This document shows, one piece after another, positions 28,553 through 39,120 of a stretch of DNA of 64,000 nucleotides. The translations under genes and the position numbers were made by a program. This DNA comes from a virus. Under the pieces are notes generated by a model, which worked only from the letters and a program-made list of their open reading frames with translations, was not told where the DNA came from and did not search any database. Location: the IMG/VR virus record IMGVR_UViG_3300023276_001265; one strand, written 5' to 3'. Position 1 is the first letter of the stretch, and each line of letters opens with the position of its first letter.

Positions 28553-29995
28553 TTAGGTCGACTTCATGATTGATGCGTATTGGGCCAAGGTAATAGGGGG
28601 CAAAGCGTTTCCAACGAATCCAGGGGCAAGCGTGCTGATAGGCCCTGGAGTAGGTATTCCGGTCGGCGAGCCTGAGTCTCCGAGAGGGTGCTCGTGATTA
28701 AGCACAAAGTCTACAAGAAGGTCATTGGCCAGGTTCCTGGCAGTAGCCGGGTTACCGATGGTGACGAGCCCGCCGAACAACACGATCCCCGTTCCAGGGG
28801 GCCCCAGAGACACAGCCGCTGCGGGGACGTTGAAGATCCCCGAGTTAATGATCAGGGAAGGCGTAGTAATGAGCATCGATGTGGTCGCAGTAATCGCCAC
28901 GGTCGCGGCCGTCTGGGCAAACGATCCCAGCGTCTCAGTGACAGCTCCTACGAAGTTGATGATCTTCGCACCGACCCCTGTCTCGACTGCAACCCCAGGA
29001 CCACTAGGAGCAGGTGGCGCAGCCCCAGAGCCCATCGCGATGCCTCCAGCAGCGGACATGGTTAGAGCCCCAGTAGCAGTCACGTTGATGTTCCCGGTGT
29101 TCGAGTCGATAACGACAGACTGAGTGGGCCCAACTCTTGACTGAATTGTGATCAGGCCAGTCTTGTTATCAAGGTCGATCGTATGCGCTAAGCCTGCTGG
29201 ACCAGCTGTCTTAACCGTGACCTTGCCAGGTATGTCTTCTATCTTGATCGAGTTGGCATTGATTCCATCTACATCAGCTCGGAGTCCGGAGATCATGATG
29301 TATTTGGATGTGTCGTTAAGAGCGATGCGGTGACCGTAGATCGTGTCGGCGTAAATGCCTTCCTCAACTGTTTCATCCCTCACAGTGGGAGCGGCCGTCG
29401 TATCAGAGAGCGTGATCTGCTGACTGCGCCGAGCCTCACCCTGCTTAGGACGCCCCTTGTCGTCTTTTCCTAGCTGCTCGCCGCTCCAGATCGCCACATA
29501 GGGCTCCTCTGGGTCATCGCAGAAGATCAGACCATGGCCGAACCCAGTCTTGATTCCACGCTTCAGTGGAATGCCCTTCCCCTTTTTGGCTTTGAATTCG
29601 GTCGGTAGGTGAGATGTGCTAGCCGCCTTCGACGCGTTTGGGTTCGACCAGAAACTTCCGACCTGTCGAGGGGCTTGACCATCACCGTGATCGAAGGACA
29701 CGTAGATCGAATCACCGTCTTCTGGAGGGAAGTAGATGCCGTGCTCGACCCCTGCGTAAATGGACATAGGCATGAGCATTTCCGGGTGAACGTCCGGAGT
29801 AAAAACTTTAGCCGCGTCCGTAGTCCCGATTGCTAAGACGCCAATTCTCGCTGAGACACGTCCTTGCTGGCGCCTGTCATCGTTCGACTCTACAGTGGCT
29901 CCGTAGAGCCCGTAGTAGCGCCTCGACGCGAACTCTAGCCCGAGCTCGGTTACGTTTGAGATCCATCTCACTACTGAGTTAGCTGTAAATTCCAT
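28553..29995 (-). CDS. Baseplate central spike (gp5/gpV/VgrG-like OB-fold plus beta-helix)
   Basis: YYGLYGATVESNDD..QGRV; GIYFPPEDGDSIYVSFDHGD..GSFW; terminal HEH metal-binding tip motif. Confidence 0.85.
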   Translation of the reverse strand: MEFTANSVVRWISNVTELGLEFASRRYYGLYGATVESNDDRRQQGRVSARIGVLAIGTTDAAKVFTPDVHPEMLMPMSIYAGVEHGIYFPPEDGDSIYVSFDHGDGQAPRQVGSFWSNPNASKAASTSHLPTEFKAKKGKGIPLKRGIKTGFGHGLIFCDDPEEPYVAIWSGEQLGKDDKGRPKQGEARRSQQITLSDTTAAPTVRDETVEEGIYADTIYGHRIALNDTSKYIMISGLRADVDGINANSIKIEDIPGKVTVKTAGPAGLAHTIDLDNKTGLITIQSRVGPTQSVVIDSNTGNINVTATGALTMSAAGGIAMGSGAAPPAPSGPGVAVETGVGAKIINFVGAVTETLGSFAQTAATVAITATTSMLITTPSLIINSGIFNVPAAAVSLGPPGTGIVLFGGLVTIGNPATARNLANDLLVDFVLNHEHPLGDSGSPTGIPTPGPISTLAPGFVGNALPPITLAQYASIMKST

Positions 29996-29996
29996 A

Positions 29997-31676
29997 CTAA
30001 TTCCCCAGATTGAGGACTTGGTCCTTTTGAAGGTCTAGTTTCTCTTCCTCAATTGCACTTGCAGTAGCATCCCCTCCGCCAGCCCCGGTTGTCGGCGAGC
30101 GCACGTCTTTCGGCTTTTTCACATCGTGCCCTTTAACCGTGAGTCGCATCAATTCAAGCTGCATGTCATAGCCGCTATTCCCGATGGTGTGCGTCGCATT
30201 CAAGACGTAGTAAGGACCATCAAACAGGACGCTAGTGCCCTCAAGTTGCACAACTACACCAGGCCACATATCAACAACACCTGGGGCGGTCACCCCCACC
30301 TTGGGGTGGGAAAATGTCTGCGCCTCCTTGACTACGGCCGCAGCTTTCTGATTAGCGTTGTGGCCTTTAGCTGGAGTGGATAGCACGTTAGGAAGATCCT
30401 TATCCTTCTCGTTTGCGGGTGACGGTGTAGTAGGGCCTATCTCTTCGTCCGGCTCGCTTACTCCGCTTCCTTTATCGAAAAGAATTCCAGCATCCTCGGG
30501 AGAGTTCCCTGTGGTCTTACCGGGCTCACCGCTTCCCGGACCGAGCAGGGGTTTGTCTGAGTCTGCCCCAGTGTCCTCAACCATTGAGCTTTTGTCGTCA
30601 CCGTCAGCATCAGGATCGTATTTGTAAGAAACTAACCCTCTACCGGATACTGGTAGGAAAACCCACGGTTGCAGATTCCCGTTAATGTTCATGACGGGTA
30701 TATCGTTCGGCCCCTCAGGGGCTTGACGATAAAGAAACCGATAGGAGTAGGTGTTGTCCTTAGACGAATCGTGCAAAGAAAAAATGCGGAACGTGTTGCT
30801 CGATGATGTGAAGGTCAACGAGTGGTCACGGCACAGTCTTCTAATGAGGGCCCAATCTGTGACCTGCTGCATAACCCCGCCTGGAGGGGCTGGGGGCCCC
30901 TCTTCTACCGGCCTGTTCGCTCCGGTAAGGAAGGTTGAATCTTCCGGCACTGCCGAGATGTCTAGAAGGGTCTGAGTTCGGCCTACGATCTCAGCTACGA
31001 TCTCGCAATCGTTCTTGTACTCTTTGAACAGCCAGTTCCTACGACCTGTGTTCCTAGAACCAACAGAGTAGGTCAGGTCATGCCCAGAAACGGTGATCGA
31101 AATATCCTCCCCAAATTGGGCCTGCGGATAGTTGTTCCGGAACACATAGACATCGCTAAGAATGGTGGCCCCTCCCCAACCCGCGTAGCCCCATTGAACC
31201 TTTACTAGGGTTCCGAAGTTAAGCAGTTTATTGTTCAGCAGCCTGATCCCATCATCGTATGGAGGGGTCAGAACCAGCGTGAACTTCAACGGGGACCCAG
31301 CCTTTGATTCAATCTTCAGATTCGCGGCTATATTCTGGAGCAGTCTGGAATCGAGCGCGAACGAATCATCTCCTGGAACCAAGGATTCTTGCTCAGAGAA
31401 ATCTGAACTTCCAAGATTGGAGATGATGCTCCCGAGAGCCGATACATTCGTTGCGCCCGCAAGTGGATCTGCACCTGGAACGAGTGCAAGCGCGTCGTTT
31501 ATTTGATCGATGTCGAACTGATCCTGGTTTCTTTGGTTAGCGACTTGCTCCTTGGAGACGTTCTTAAACTGCACTCGAAAGAATGGCGCAAACAGATCAC
31601 CGACGTTGCCGGTCTGGGAGGACCCAGATACAGGATCGGCACTATCGTCTGGAAGTTTGGCGCCCGCTTGACTCAC
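29997..31676 (-). CDS. Baseplate hub protein (gp27 / P2 gpD-like)
   Basis: VKVQWGY; QVTDWALIRRLCRDH; PGVVVQLEG..FDGPYYVLNATHTI..GY. Confidence 0.8.
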   Translation of the reverse strand: MSQAGAKLPDDSADPVSGSSQTGNVGDLFAPFFRVQFKNVSKEQVANQRNQDQFDIDQINDALALVPGADPLAGATNVSALGSIISNLGSSDFSEQESLVPGDDSFALDSRLLQNIAANLKIESKAGSPLKFTLVLTPPYDDGIRLLNNKLLNFGTLVKVQWGYAGWGGATILSDVYVFRNNYPQAQFGEDISITVSGHDLTYSVGSRNTGRRNWLFKEYKNDCEIVAEIVGRTQTLLDISAVPEDSTFLTGANRPVEEGPPAPPGGVMQQVTDWALIRRLCRDHSLTFTSSSNTFRIFSLHDSSKDNTYSYRFLYRQAPEGPNDIPVMNINGNLQPWVFLPVSGRGLVSYKYDPDADGDDKSSMVEDTGADSDKPLLGPGSGEPGKTTGNSPEDAGILFDKGSGVSEPDEEIGPTTPSPANEKDKDLPNVLSTPAKGHNANQKAAAVVKEAQTFSHPKVGVTAPGVVDMWPGVVVQLEGTSVLFDGPYYVLNATHTIGNSGYDMQLELMRLTVKGHDVKKPKDVRSPTTGAGGGDATASAIEEEKLDLQKDQVLNLGN

Positions 31677-31978
31677 TTAACGATCCCCCGTGCCTGCAAG
31701 CTCGCCCTAGTCGGGATAAAGATCCTGTGACCAGGTACGAGATCGTTGGGAGCTAGGCGGAGGTCGTTCCGGTGGAGAATGACCCAGCCCAGTTGTTCAT
31801 CCAGGAGCTGCTCCGCTGCAATGTTGTCGAGGCGGTCGTGACTGCGGATGAGATAGACAACATCATCGTCACGAGGCAGGATCTCCGGGGGCCTGGTTGG
31901 CGCCCAGAAGATTACCTCGTTCACTCGACGCAGAGTCGACGTGGTAAGTGGTCCAGTTGGGTTTCGTTTAACTCCCAT
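31673..31978 (-). CDS. LysM-domain baseplate protein (gpX/gp53-like)
   Basis: YLIRSHDRLDNIAAEQL..WVILHRN..LVPGHRIFIP. Confidence 0.8.
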   Translation of the reverse strand: MGVKRNPTGPLTTSTLRRVNEVIFWAPTRPPEILPRDDDVVYLIRSHDRLDNIAAEQLLDEQLGWVILHRNDLRLAPNDLVPGHRIFIPTRASLQARGIVK

Positions 31979-34900
31979 TTATTGACCGGCTCCAGTCTTT
32001 CCGGCTAGATCATTCTCATCAGCCTTCACTTTGAGACTCTCTTGAGCATTCGCAGCGAGTCCGACCTGGAAATGGGGCGGAACCTGCCACCACGCGGGAG
32101 GTTTGTCCCAGAACGCCCCTTGACCTTGTCCCTGACCGGGGGCAACCGGGCCAAGCCCCGCTGACGCAGCCCCGGCCGGGGTTGGGACTGCCTTTGCAGT
32201 GGCCTTACGCACGTTCTCCTGAACAGCTTGTGACGGGTCAGCCGATCCTGCCGTCTTGTAGGCATCACTAGCCTTAGCCTCGCCAAGCACCTGTGACCCG
32301 ACAAGGCCTTCTGTCTCCTTCATGAGAGACATCATCTTGTTTGGATCGTGCATGACCGTGAACTTGTCAATGTTCTCGCTCATCTGCGACATTGTTGAAC
32401 CGATGCGATCCGCGAATTCAATCTTGCCCGCCTTGGCGTACTGGCCTTGGTAGTGGGCAAGACGACCCATCAGGGCCTCGGTACGGCCAATAAATCCGCC
32501 GCGCATCTTGTCGGCGATTGCGCCCTGGGCGAGCTTTTCATCGTGTACAGCTTTACGGCGGAGGTGCTTAGATTTCGCTGTCTGCTCAGCACGGCCTCGT
32601 CGCTCTCTTGCATTCTTATCACGCGCCTCAGCCTTGAGCTTGTAAGACGCCTTACCCCTCTTTTCTTCTTCAGCGAAAATAGTCGCGTAACCGTCCGCAG
32701 CCGTCCGAGCTGCCTTTGCCGCTTCTTCGATCCCCTTTGTCTTGATTGTGCTCGCTTTTATCGATGCCTCGGCCTCTTTGCCCAGAGAGGCGGCTGTGGC
32801 ATCGGCGACCTTCATTCGCTCTTTGTAGAGAGCGTTCGCCTTTAACAGGTCAGCCTCCTCGCCGTTAGCTGCATAACTGGCCTCAGCCATCGCCATTGCT
32901 ACCTTTGCGTAGCCCTGCAACAGCGGCCCGAATGTATGCTCAATTATCCAGCCGATGGCTGTGGCCATTGAGTACTTAATGGTGTTCCACGTCTTTGACG
33001 TTTCTACGACCAAGGCTGACCATACCTCTAAGGCATCCGCTTTTACCTCTAACCACGTTGCGGTAATCGGAGCCATTGCTACGTCTTTGAACCAATCTGC
33101 CCAGTCCTGGAACCAATCTCCGACATCCTGGAACGACGCCTTAACCTCCTCCAGGCTGGACCCAAAGCTCAAGAATATCTCCTCGGCAACCCCAGCAGAA
33201 AATTCTGACACGACGTCCCAAACCCCTCCCAAGATGTTCATGAAAGAGTTATTGAGATCCGTATCAGAGGCGAACCATTCGGTGACGGCTTTCCACGCCT
33301 TCTGCCAGTTACTGACTTTGAACAGCTCTTTGATGCCGTCCCAGGCCCACTTTCCCAGTCGACCCAAGACTCGACCGATGTTCTTACCCATTTCACGAGC
33401 ACCGGTCTTCCAGCCCTCAAGTTTCCCCTTCATGTTGGCCCAGATGTTGTCGAGCTTTTCGCCCATCCAAATGCCGATTCTGGTGAACACCTCTGAGAAC
33501 GAGGAATTACCGGCTCGAACCATCTCCGCTTGGAGGTGGAGGAACAAACGACGAGTACCATCTGCGAGTGTACCCCGCATTTTAGGGAAGAAGAACTTCA
33601 CGATCTTTGTTGGGATGCCCATCAGTAGCCCATCGACGAGGTCAACGATGCCAACAAAGACGCTTTCAACTCCCTTCAGCATCGCCTCAGCGCCGCCGAG
33701 GTTCGGGTCGGCCAGGGCTTTACCAAACCCCTCGATAGCCGTAACAACGGCCGCGATAGCCGTAAGCGGGAACAGGATCTTCTTGCCGAGAGTCATGGCG
33801 ATCTTCCCAAGACCGCCGAAGAGACTAGAAACCGGACCGCCTACGATCGGGAGTCTAGTCAGAAGTACCTTCAAAGATGTGAACGGCAGGACCAGAGCAC
33901 CGACAGCTGAGGCCAGCGTGGCAGCAGTAGCTCCGAGGATGGCGCCGTACTTAATCAGCTTCTGAATCTGAGCAACAACAGGTTTGTTTTCGTCCCGCCA
34001 ATCAGCGAAGCTGGTTGCAAGGCCCTTGATCCTGAGGTTGAGAGCCTTCGCCCAGTCATGGAGATCCTCGAAAGATTTCGAGGCGTCGTCCACTATTGAA
34101 AGCCCAATAATGGACTTCCCAAGGTCTAGAAGGTTTTTGAGGGTGTCGAGCGCCGTAGCTCCAACTTTACGGAGTGCGCCGGACATTTGAGCGAAAGTTG
34201 CTTTCCCCTTTCCAAAATTAGACGCCGCCTCCTTCTCGGCCGCACTCGCAGCCTCAAACGACTCTTTAATCTTGCTCGGGAACTGGAGCATATCCTGTAC
34301 GGTCTCGGAAGATGACGCCCTTACCTGCTCCATCAAGCGGCCTGCCATCATCTCCCCGGCCGGGCCTGTCGCGAGCATCGCATCGCGCATCTTCAAAATT
34401 TGATCAGCAAATTCGGCTGGATTATCTTGACCCTTAGTTATCAACTCATCGACTTCGCTGAACTGCAGACCAGCTTCAAATAAGGCATTGGTGAGAGGGC
34501 TAAAGCTATCCGCCAATCCGAGGAATACCTTCTTGTTTGTCGCAGACTGCTGCATGAAGTGCTGCTGGTGCTGCTGAGCTTTAGCGATCCCGCCAGCGAT
34601 GTCTGTCCCGTAGACCTTCGCGAAGGTAGCACCGAGCTTTATCGTATTTTCGACCATATCCCGCGAGTTAACTCCGAGGAGTGCTCCGAACTCCACAACG
34701 GACTTCTCGGCGAATGACACGGCTATAGGGATCTGGCCGATCATTCCGGGGATCTTGTATTCCTTCTGCCACTTGGTGACATCGTCTGACAAATCCCCCA
34801 GGGACGATCCCATGTGACTAAGCGACTTGTTCGTCTTGATAACGGCGGACGCAGCTAGACCATGTCGACCGGTCAGCTCGGCCATCATCTCAAGGTTCTT

Positions 34901-35254
34901 GGCGCCGCCCTTACTGATGGCCCCGAAGGTGTCCTTTTGTCCCTTAAGACTCTTGTCCAAGTCTTCGGCGGTTAGTCCGGCCGCAGCCATTGCGTTGACG
35001 AGTGCGCCCGTCTTTTCGGTACTCAGTCCAGTGACGTTGGACAGACCGGTAATCGTGTCTGCCATCTGCGTCGTCTGTTGGCGATTGAGTCCCATCTGAA
35101 TGCCAAAATTCTTGATCTGTCGATCAATGGCAAACGTCTTGGTAGCGGCGATCCGAGTTACATCTAGTTGAGATGCAATTTGGTTAAGGTTCGTGATGAT
35201 GGCGCGTGCACCACGAAACTCTCCTTGGATTGCGTAGTTTGGGTTCCTAGGCAT
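31979..35254 (-). CDS. Tail tape measure protein
   Basis: 1091 aa, helical, Ala/Lys-rich, with hydrophobic segments and periodic Trp/Phe; follows the tail chaperones. Confidence 0.85.
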   Translation of the reverse strand: MPRNPNYAIQGEFRGARAIITNLNQIASQLDVTRIAATKTFAIDRQIKNFGIQMGLNRQQTTQMADTITGLSNVTGLSTEKTGALVNAMAAAGLTAEDLDKSLKGQKDTFGAISKGGAKNLEMMAELTGRHGLAASAVIKTNKSLSHMGSSLGDLSDDVTKWQKEYKIPGMIGQIPIAVSFAEKSVVEFGALLGVNSRDMVENTIKLGATFAKVYGTDIAGGIAKAQQHQQHFMQQSATNKKVFLGLADSFSPLTNALFEAGLQFSEVDELITKGQDNPAEFADQILKMRDAMLATGPAGEMMAGRLMEQVRASSSETVQDMLQFPSKIKESFEAASAAEKEAASNFGKGKATFAQMSGALRKVGATALDTLKNLLDLGKSIIGLSIVDDASKSFEDLHDWAKALNLRIKGLATSFADWRDENKPVVAQIQKLIKYGAILGATAATLASAVGALVLPFTSLKVLLTRLPIVGGPVSSLFGGLGKIAMTLGKKILFPLTAIAAVVTAIEGFGKALADPNLGGAEAMLKGVESVFVGIVDLVDGLLMGIPTKIVKFFFPKMRGTLADGTRRLFLHLQAEMVRAGNSSFSEVFTRIGIWMGEKLDNIWANMKGKLEGWKTGAREMGKNIGRVLGRLGKWAWDGIKELFKVSNWQKAWKAVTEWFASDTDLNNSFMNILGGVWDVVSEFSAGVAEEIFLSFGSSLEEVKASFQDVGDWFQDWADWFKDVAMAPITATWLEVKADALEVWSALVVETSKTWNTIKYSMATAIGWIIEHTFGPLLQGYAKVAMAMAEASYAANGEEADLLKANALYKERMKVADATAASLGKEAEASIKASTIKTKGIEEAAKAARTAADGYATIFAEEEKRGKASYKLKAEARDKNARERRGRAEQTAKSKHLRRKAVHDEKLAQGAIADKMRGGFIGRTEALMGRLAHYQGQYAKAGKIEFADRIGSTMSQMSENIDKFTVMHDPNKMMSLMKETEGLVGSQVLGEAKASDAYKTAGSADPSQAVQENVRKATAKAVPTPAGAASAGLGPVAPGQGQGQGAFWDKPPAWWQVPPHFQVGLAANAQESLKVKADENDLAGKTGAGQ

Positions 35255-35275
35255 GCCGTCTTCCTTTTGATGCTC

Positions 35276-35653
35276 CTATACGCCGTAGTCTAAGCTAATC
35301 GCCTCCGAAGAAGTATGTGCTGGCTCGATACCTGTCGGAACTGATGGCTGTAGATTTGTTGTTTGACCTTTACTTGCTGCGTTTTCCTGCCGTGTGACCT
35401 CTTCTTGCAATCGGAGCATCCTCCGACGTCTTGATGAGGTCATGTTCATGACTGACTCTGGTGACCAGTGAAATACCTTGGCCAGAATTAGCATGTCGAT
35501 TTCAAGCTGCGATTTTGACCCGAGTGGGGAAAACGCAAAGAACCTGGGGCCATCCACAGTCCACCAGCCGGACTGGTCGTAGATGACGGGGGTTTCTACA
35601 CCCAGTCCAGAGTCTCCACGCTGAGCTCTTCCTCCTCGGGGTTGGAGAAAAAA
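35276..35653 (-). CDS. Tail assembly chaperone extension (gpE'/GT-like), expressed by -1 frameshift
   Basis: FHWSPESVMNM..RRR motif; -1 frame open from the slippery site to the stop at 35276. Confidence 0.75.
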   Translation of the reverse strand, partial: FFLQPRGGRAQRGDSGLGVETPVIYDQSGWWTVDGPRFFAFSPLGSKSQLEIDMLILAKVFHWSPESVMNMTSSRRRRMLRLQEEVTRQENAASKGQTTNLQPSVPTGIEPAHTSSEAISLDYGV

Positions 35654-36477
35654 ACCTGGCCCAAATCCAAGTCAAATTTGAACTCGGTCTGACAGCCGGG
35701 TCGATTGCAATTGATTTCGATCTCTGTCTCGATACTCCCTTCCATGATGTTGATTACGTTAATGAGGTGAATGCGATCTACGCGAGGCAGACTTTGAACT
35801 ACCTTCAGGTCCTCAACGTCATTCTCGCCGGTAACGGCGTAGTCATCGATTGAGACCAGCCGTCCGAGGATGGCGTAGGATCGAGCGTTCTTGGCTGTGG
35901 GACGCGCCTCAGACACACGACGCTCTCCCGAAGCCGCGAGAACTGTGAGAGTGGCCGTCTTCTTACTCTTGGGCAGCTTGACCCGCACATTGCGCTTCGT
36001 AGCGTCTTTGCAGAAGCCAACCTCTAGCTTAGACAGGTCGATGCGCTTGTTGTGGAGCGGCTTGTTGCACCCTGGGCAAATGCGCCCGTCCACCTTGTAG
36101 TTGTCACCAAGAGACAGCCGACGAATGTAGAGCAAACACGCCATGCGGTCCGCAATTGTGAACGCCAATCCACCTTTCAGATCATCACCCACAGCGCCCA
36201 TGATCTCGTCTCGATCGGTGATCATCTGAGGGCCTGCGCCCTCCTTGCTTATCGTGGAGAGCTTTTCGATGCAGTTGCCAATGATCTGAGTCATACGATC
36301 TGATAGGTGCAGATCGTCGTCTCCCATAATGTCGTCCTCCAGACCAGACATTTCTCGGAGGTAGACATGGTTGTAAACACGACCCTCGGCGCTGACATAG
36401 CCGCACGGCAGCCTGAAGTCGCCGCGCCCTTTGCCGAACACTTCTAGGTTCGGGATGTTGTTGTGTGGTGCTGCCAC
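35596..36477 (-). CDS. Tail/baseplate assembly chaperone (T4 gp26-like) with Zn-binding CxxC
   Basis: FRLPCGY; REMSGLEDDI; DRMACLLYIRRLSLG; CPGC; AAGGAG SD. Confidence 0.75.
   Translation of the reverse strand: MAAPHNNIPNLEVFGKGRGDFRLPCGYVSAEGRVYNHVYLREMSGLEDDIMGDDDLHLSDRMTQIIGNCIEKLSTISKEGAGPQMITDRDEIMGAVGDDLKGGLAFTIADRMACLLYIRRLSLGDNYKVDGRICPGCNKPLHNKRIDLSKLEVGFCKDATKRNVRVKLPKSKKTATLTVLAASGERRVSEARPTAKNARSYAILGRLVSIDDYAVTGENDVEDLKVVQSLPRVDRIHLINVINIMEGSIETEIEINCNRPGCQTEFKFDLDLGQVFFSNPEEEELSVETLDWV
35647..35653 (-). other. Programmed -1 ribosomal frameshift heptamer T TTT TTC
   Basis: CAG GTT TTT TTC near the chaperone 3' end; the -1 frame joins the downstream ORF with no stop. Confidence 0.75.
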
Positions 36478-36503
36478 TGTGATGCTCCTTGGCGGTAAAG
36501 CGC

Positions 36504-37001
36504 TTAAGTTGTTGGCTTACCTTGAGTTACAAATGCTTTGCATAGATCGTAGACTAGTTCTTCGACTGGCTGCTGGCGATCAGCAGCCACCATCGCCAAT
36601 TTGGTGAAGGTGATCCGGTCAATGAAAGGTGCGATCCTCACCATTTCAGTGCCAGCATGGTTTGCTCTTGTAGACAAGAACTCATTAAGCAGGAACGCGA
36701 TCACCGCGCTTTTGCCTGGGTATCCGTCCTCGGTCAGCTTTTTATCGAATGTGGTTAATGAATGAGCTGACATCCACATGTCCGTCCGTCGATCTCTGCG
36801 ATCACCATCACGCACAAAGGCGACGATATCCGCCGGAGGGGGCAATGGGCGGTCGTCCTCAAGGACCTCGCATACGAGCTGTCTCACTAGGTCCGATGCG
36901 GTCCGACCCGTGATCTCGCAGTAGCCGGAGAGGAGATCGTCTATCGAATTAGAAATCGTGTAGTTAAGCCGGACATTATCTGGCGCCATAGTGATTAGCA
37001 T
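36504..37001 (-). CDS. Tandem ribbon-helix-helix DNA-binding protein
   Basis: VRLNYTISNSIDDLL..TGRTASDLVRQLV plus two similar units. Confidence 0.65.
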   Translation of the reverse strand: MLITMAPDNVRLNYTISNSIDDLLSGYCEITGRTASDLVRQLVCEVLEDDRPLPPPADIVAFVRDGDRRDRRTDMWMSAHSLTTFDKKLTEDGYPGKSAVIAFLLNEFLSTRANHAGTEMVRIAPFIDRITFTKLAMVAADRQQPVEELVYDLCKAFVTQGKPTT

Positions 37002-37253
37002 GCCTCGCTCGTATTCCCTCGAAAGAGTCGATCAGACTCACCGAGTCTATCAGAATCATCAATGTCTGCAAGGTATTGATGTAGATGCCCTTTATTAGGC
37101 ATCATTTGGCGAAATGCTGATATCAGAACCCACTTAATGCGCTCTGGGGATCGCTTAATTGATCGATTCTGGCGGGACGCATCTATCCCTTGTTGAAATT
37201 GCCCTTGCCCACGGTCACTGATGGACTTAGAACCATCACTAACGGAGACATCT

Positions 37254-38099
37254 ATGTCAAACGATTCGACTATTGCAGAAGCACTCCGAGCTGCCCGTGG
37301 TGAGGTTGACCTCATCACTAAGCTCAAGGAGGGTTCGCTTGAAGCTCGTCGTGATCGCATCTCAGAAGCTCTTAAAAGTAATGACTGGGATGGAGGACCG
37401 GCTGAGCTTATTGCCAGCTACCCCCACCACGCCATTGCTCGCAAGGAAGGGGTCCTGATGCGGATCCCCGTAGCCGAAGAAGATGGCAACCTCACATTCG
37501 GCAAAGCCGATGTGTTCTCCGTCCCCACACCTGTCGGGGATATCGGAACCGAGGTCATGGAGACGGCGAAGCGAGCCGTCGAGTTCCTCCTCGCAGAGGA
37601 CCACGAGGCCGCAGACCCGATGATTCGTGGCATTGCGGGCGCCCTCGACGTGAAGGGTGACCTCCACCGTCGCCTGTCGATGGCAGTTCAGTTGAAGAGC
37701 CTGGGCCGCAAAACGTGGTGGCAGGAGACGATCGGTGAGCAGTTCGCCGCTGACGTCGTCATTCCAGGGGTCGTTCAGTCGAGTGAGCTGGCAGAAATGT
37801 CTGACGCCATTGAGGCGATGCACACACTCCTGAAGGAGAGCACGACTTTCGCGGTTACCGCGTTGACCGAGCTCCATACCGCCGGGACCCCAAATACTGG
37901 CGCGATTGAGTGCGCTGGTGATATTGCCGAAGACCTCAAATCGGCGATGTCAATTTTGAATGACGTCAACCGCACCGATCTTGAAGAGATGATCCAAGTC
38001 CACGAGGAAGTACGGCAAGTTGTGCCGCGCCTACTCGCAGGCATCAACTTCCTCACCCACTTGACCGGGGCGACTTCCAGGGATTCCGGACAGGAGTAA
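37254..38099 (+). CDS. Head-module protein (probable prohead core component)
   Basis: Start at ATG 37254 after GGAG; acidic and helical; first gene of the head operon. Confidence 0.65.
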   Translation: MSNDSTIAEALRAARGEVDLITKLKEGSLEARRDRISEALKSNDWDGGPAELIASYPHHAIARKEGVLMRIPVAEEDGNLTFGKADVFSVPTPVGDIGTEVMETAKRAVEFLLAEDHEAADPMIRGIAGALDVKGDLHRRLSMAVQLKSLGRKTWWQETIGEQFAADVVIPGVVQSSELAEMSDAIEAMHTLLKESTTFAVTALTELHTAGTPNTGAIECAGDIAEDLKSAMSILNDVNRTDLEEMIQVHEEVRQVVPRLLAGINFLTHLTGATSRDSGQE

Positions 38100-38102
38100 G
38101 AA

Positions 38103-39083
38103 ATGTACGACCAGAAGCCGACAACCTCGCTGATGGAGGACCTCCAAGTCCTCGGTCTCGTCAAGCAGCCAAGGGGCAATCGCCGTCTCAACGAGATGGA
38201 TGATCCGAATGATCCGATGGCGCCTGAAGAAGATCCCAGCATGGCCGCGCCAGATCCGACCGGCGCTCCCGCTGCTCCGGCGCCCAAGCTCACTCCGTTC
38301 CAGCCCAAGGGCGGCGGCGGAGCTCCTCCTGCTCCTGCTCCTGCTCCTGCCCCTGAGCCGGAAGAGAAGGAAAACTACGACACGGGCGCTGGCTTCAGCG
38401 ACTACGACATGTCCCCAGAAGAAGAGTACGCGTCCTACGAGTCCGCATGGAACTGCGTCAAGCAGTACTACGCCCTCAACGAGCGCAATGAGCGTCTCAA
38501 CGAGTCCGACTATAAGACCGTCGTCAACGCCATGTCCTTCATCATCGAGACCCAGGGCAAGTACCTCAAGCAGGAGCCTGACCACGATCCCGATGAGCTT
38601 CCCGCCGGAAACTTCCCAGCATGGGCTGGTAACGGCGAGAACAACCCGATCGAAAAGGTCGACGGGACTAACGCGATGCGTCAGAACAAGGGCTGGCGTT
38701 ACCACGACGCTTCCCCTCGCCCCAGCGAAAAGGCCGAGTCTCTCGGCAGCCTCGTCGGTGAGCTCAAGAAGCTGACGGCGAAGACCGAGTCCAACGACGA
38801 GATGCAGGATCTTGGCAACAAGATCATCGAGGGTTTCGAGGCGATCCGCGACACGGCCAGCGAAGTTGCTCACGGCATCGCTAACCAGCTCCGCGAGTCG
38901 AACCAGCGGGTCACGTCCGGCAACCCACGCGTGAAGCTCGGCAAGTTCTTCGAGGGTGTCGCAAGCGATGCGGTGCTTCTCCTCAGGGCGATCTCCGAAA
39001 GCCAGACCACTGATGTGGACGACGCGATCGAAGACCTCAACAGCCTGTCTCGCGATCTCAAGAGGGGTCTCGCACAGCTGTAA
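38103..39083 (+). CDS. Acidic prohead core/scaffold-like protein
   Basis: Many L/I-x-E sites (LME, LNE x3, LRE, ISE); PA repeat; strong C-ending codon bias. Confidence 0.65.
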   Translation: MYDQKPTTSLMEDLQVLGLVKQPRGNRRLNEMDDPNDPMAPEEDPSMAAPDPTGAPAAPAPKLTPFQPKGGGGAPPAPAPAPAPEPEEKENYDTGAGFSDYDMSPEEEYASYESAWNCVKQYYALNERNERLNESDYKTVVNAMSFIIETQGKYLKQEPDHDPDELPAGNFPAWAGNGENNPIEKVDGTNAMRQNKGWRYHDASPRPSEKAESLGSLVGELKKLTAKTESNDEMQDLGNKIIEGFEAIRDTASEVAHGIANQLRESNQRVTSGNPRVKLGKFFEGVASDAVLLLRAISESQTTDVDDAIEDLNSLSRDLKRGLAQL

Positions 39084-39120
39084 CGTTTGATGCTAGCCTG
39101 ATGCTTGGCTAGCAATGGTT

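Noticed and set aside
36995-37360. 121-aa minus-strand ORF
   Set aside because: It overlaps the start of the head operon and the divergent promoter region, with atypical composition.
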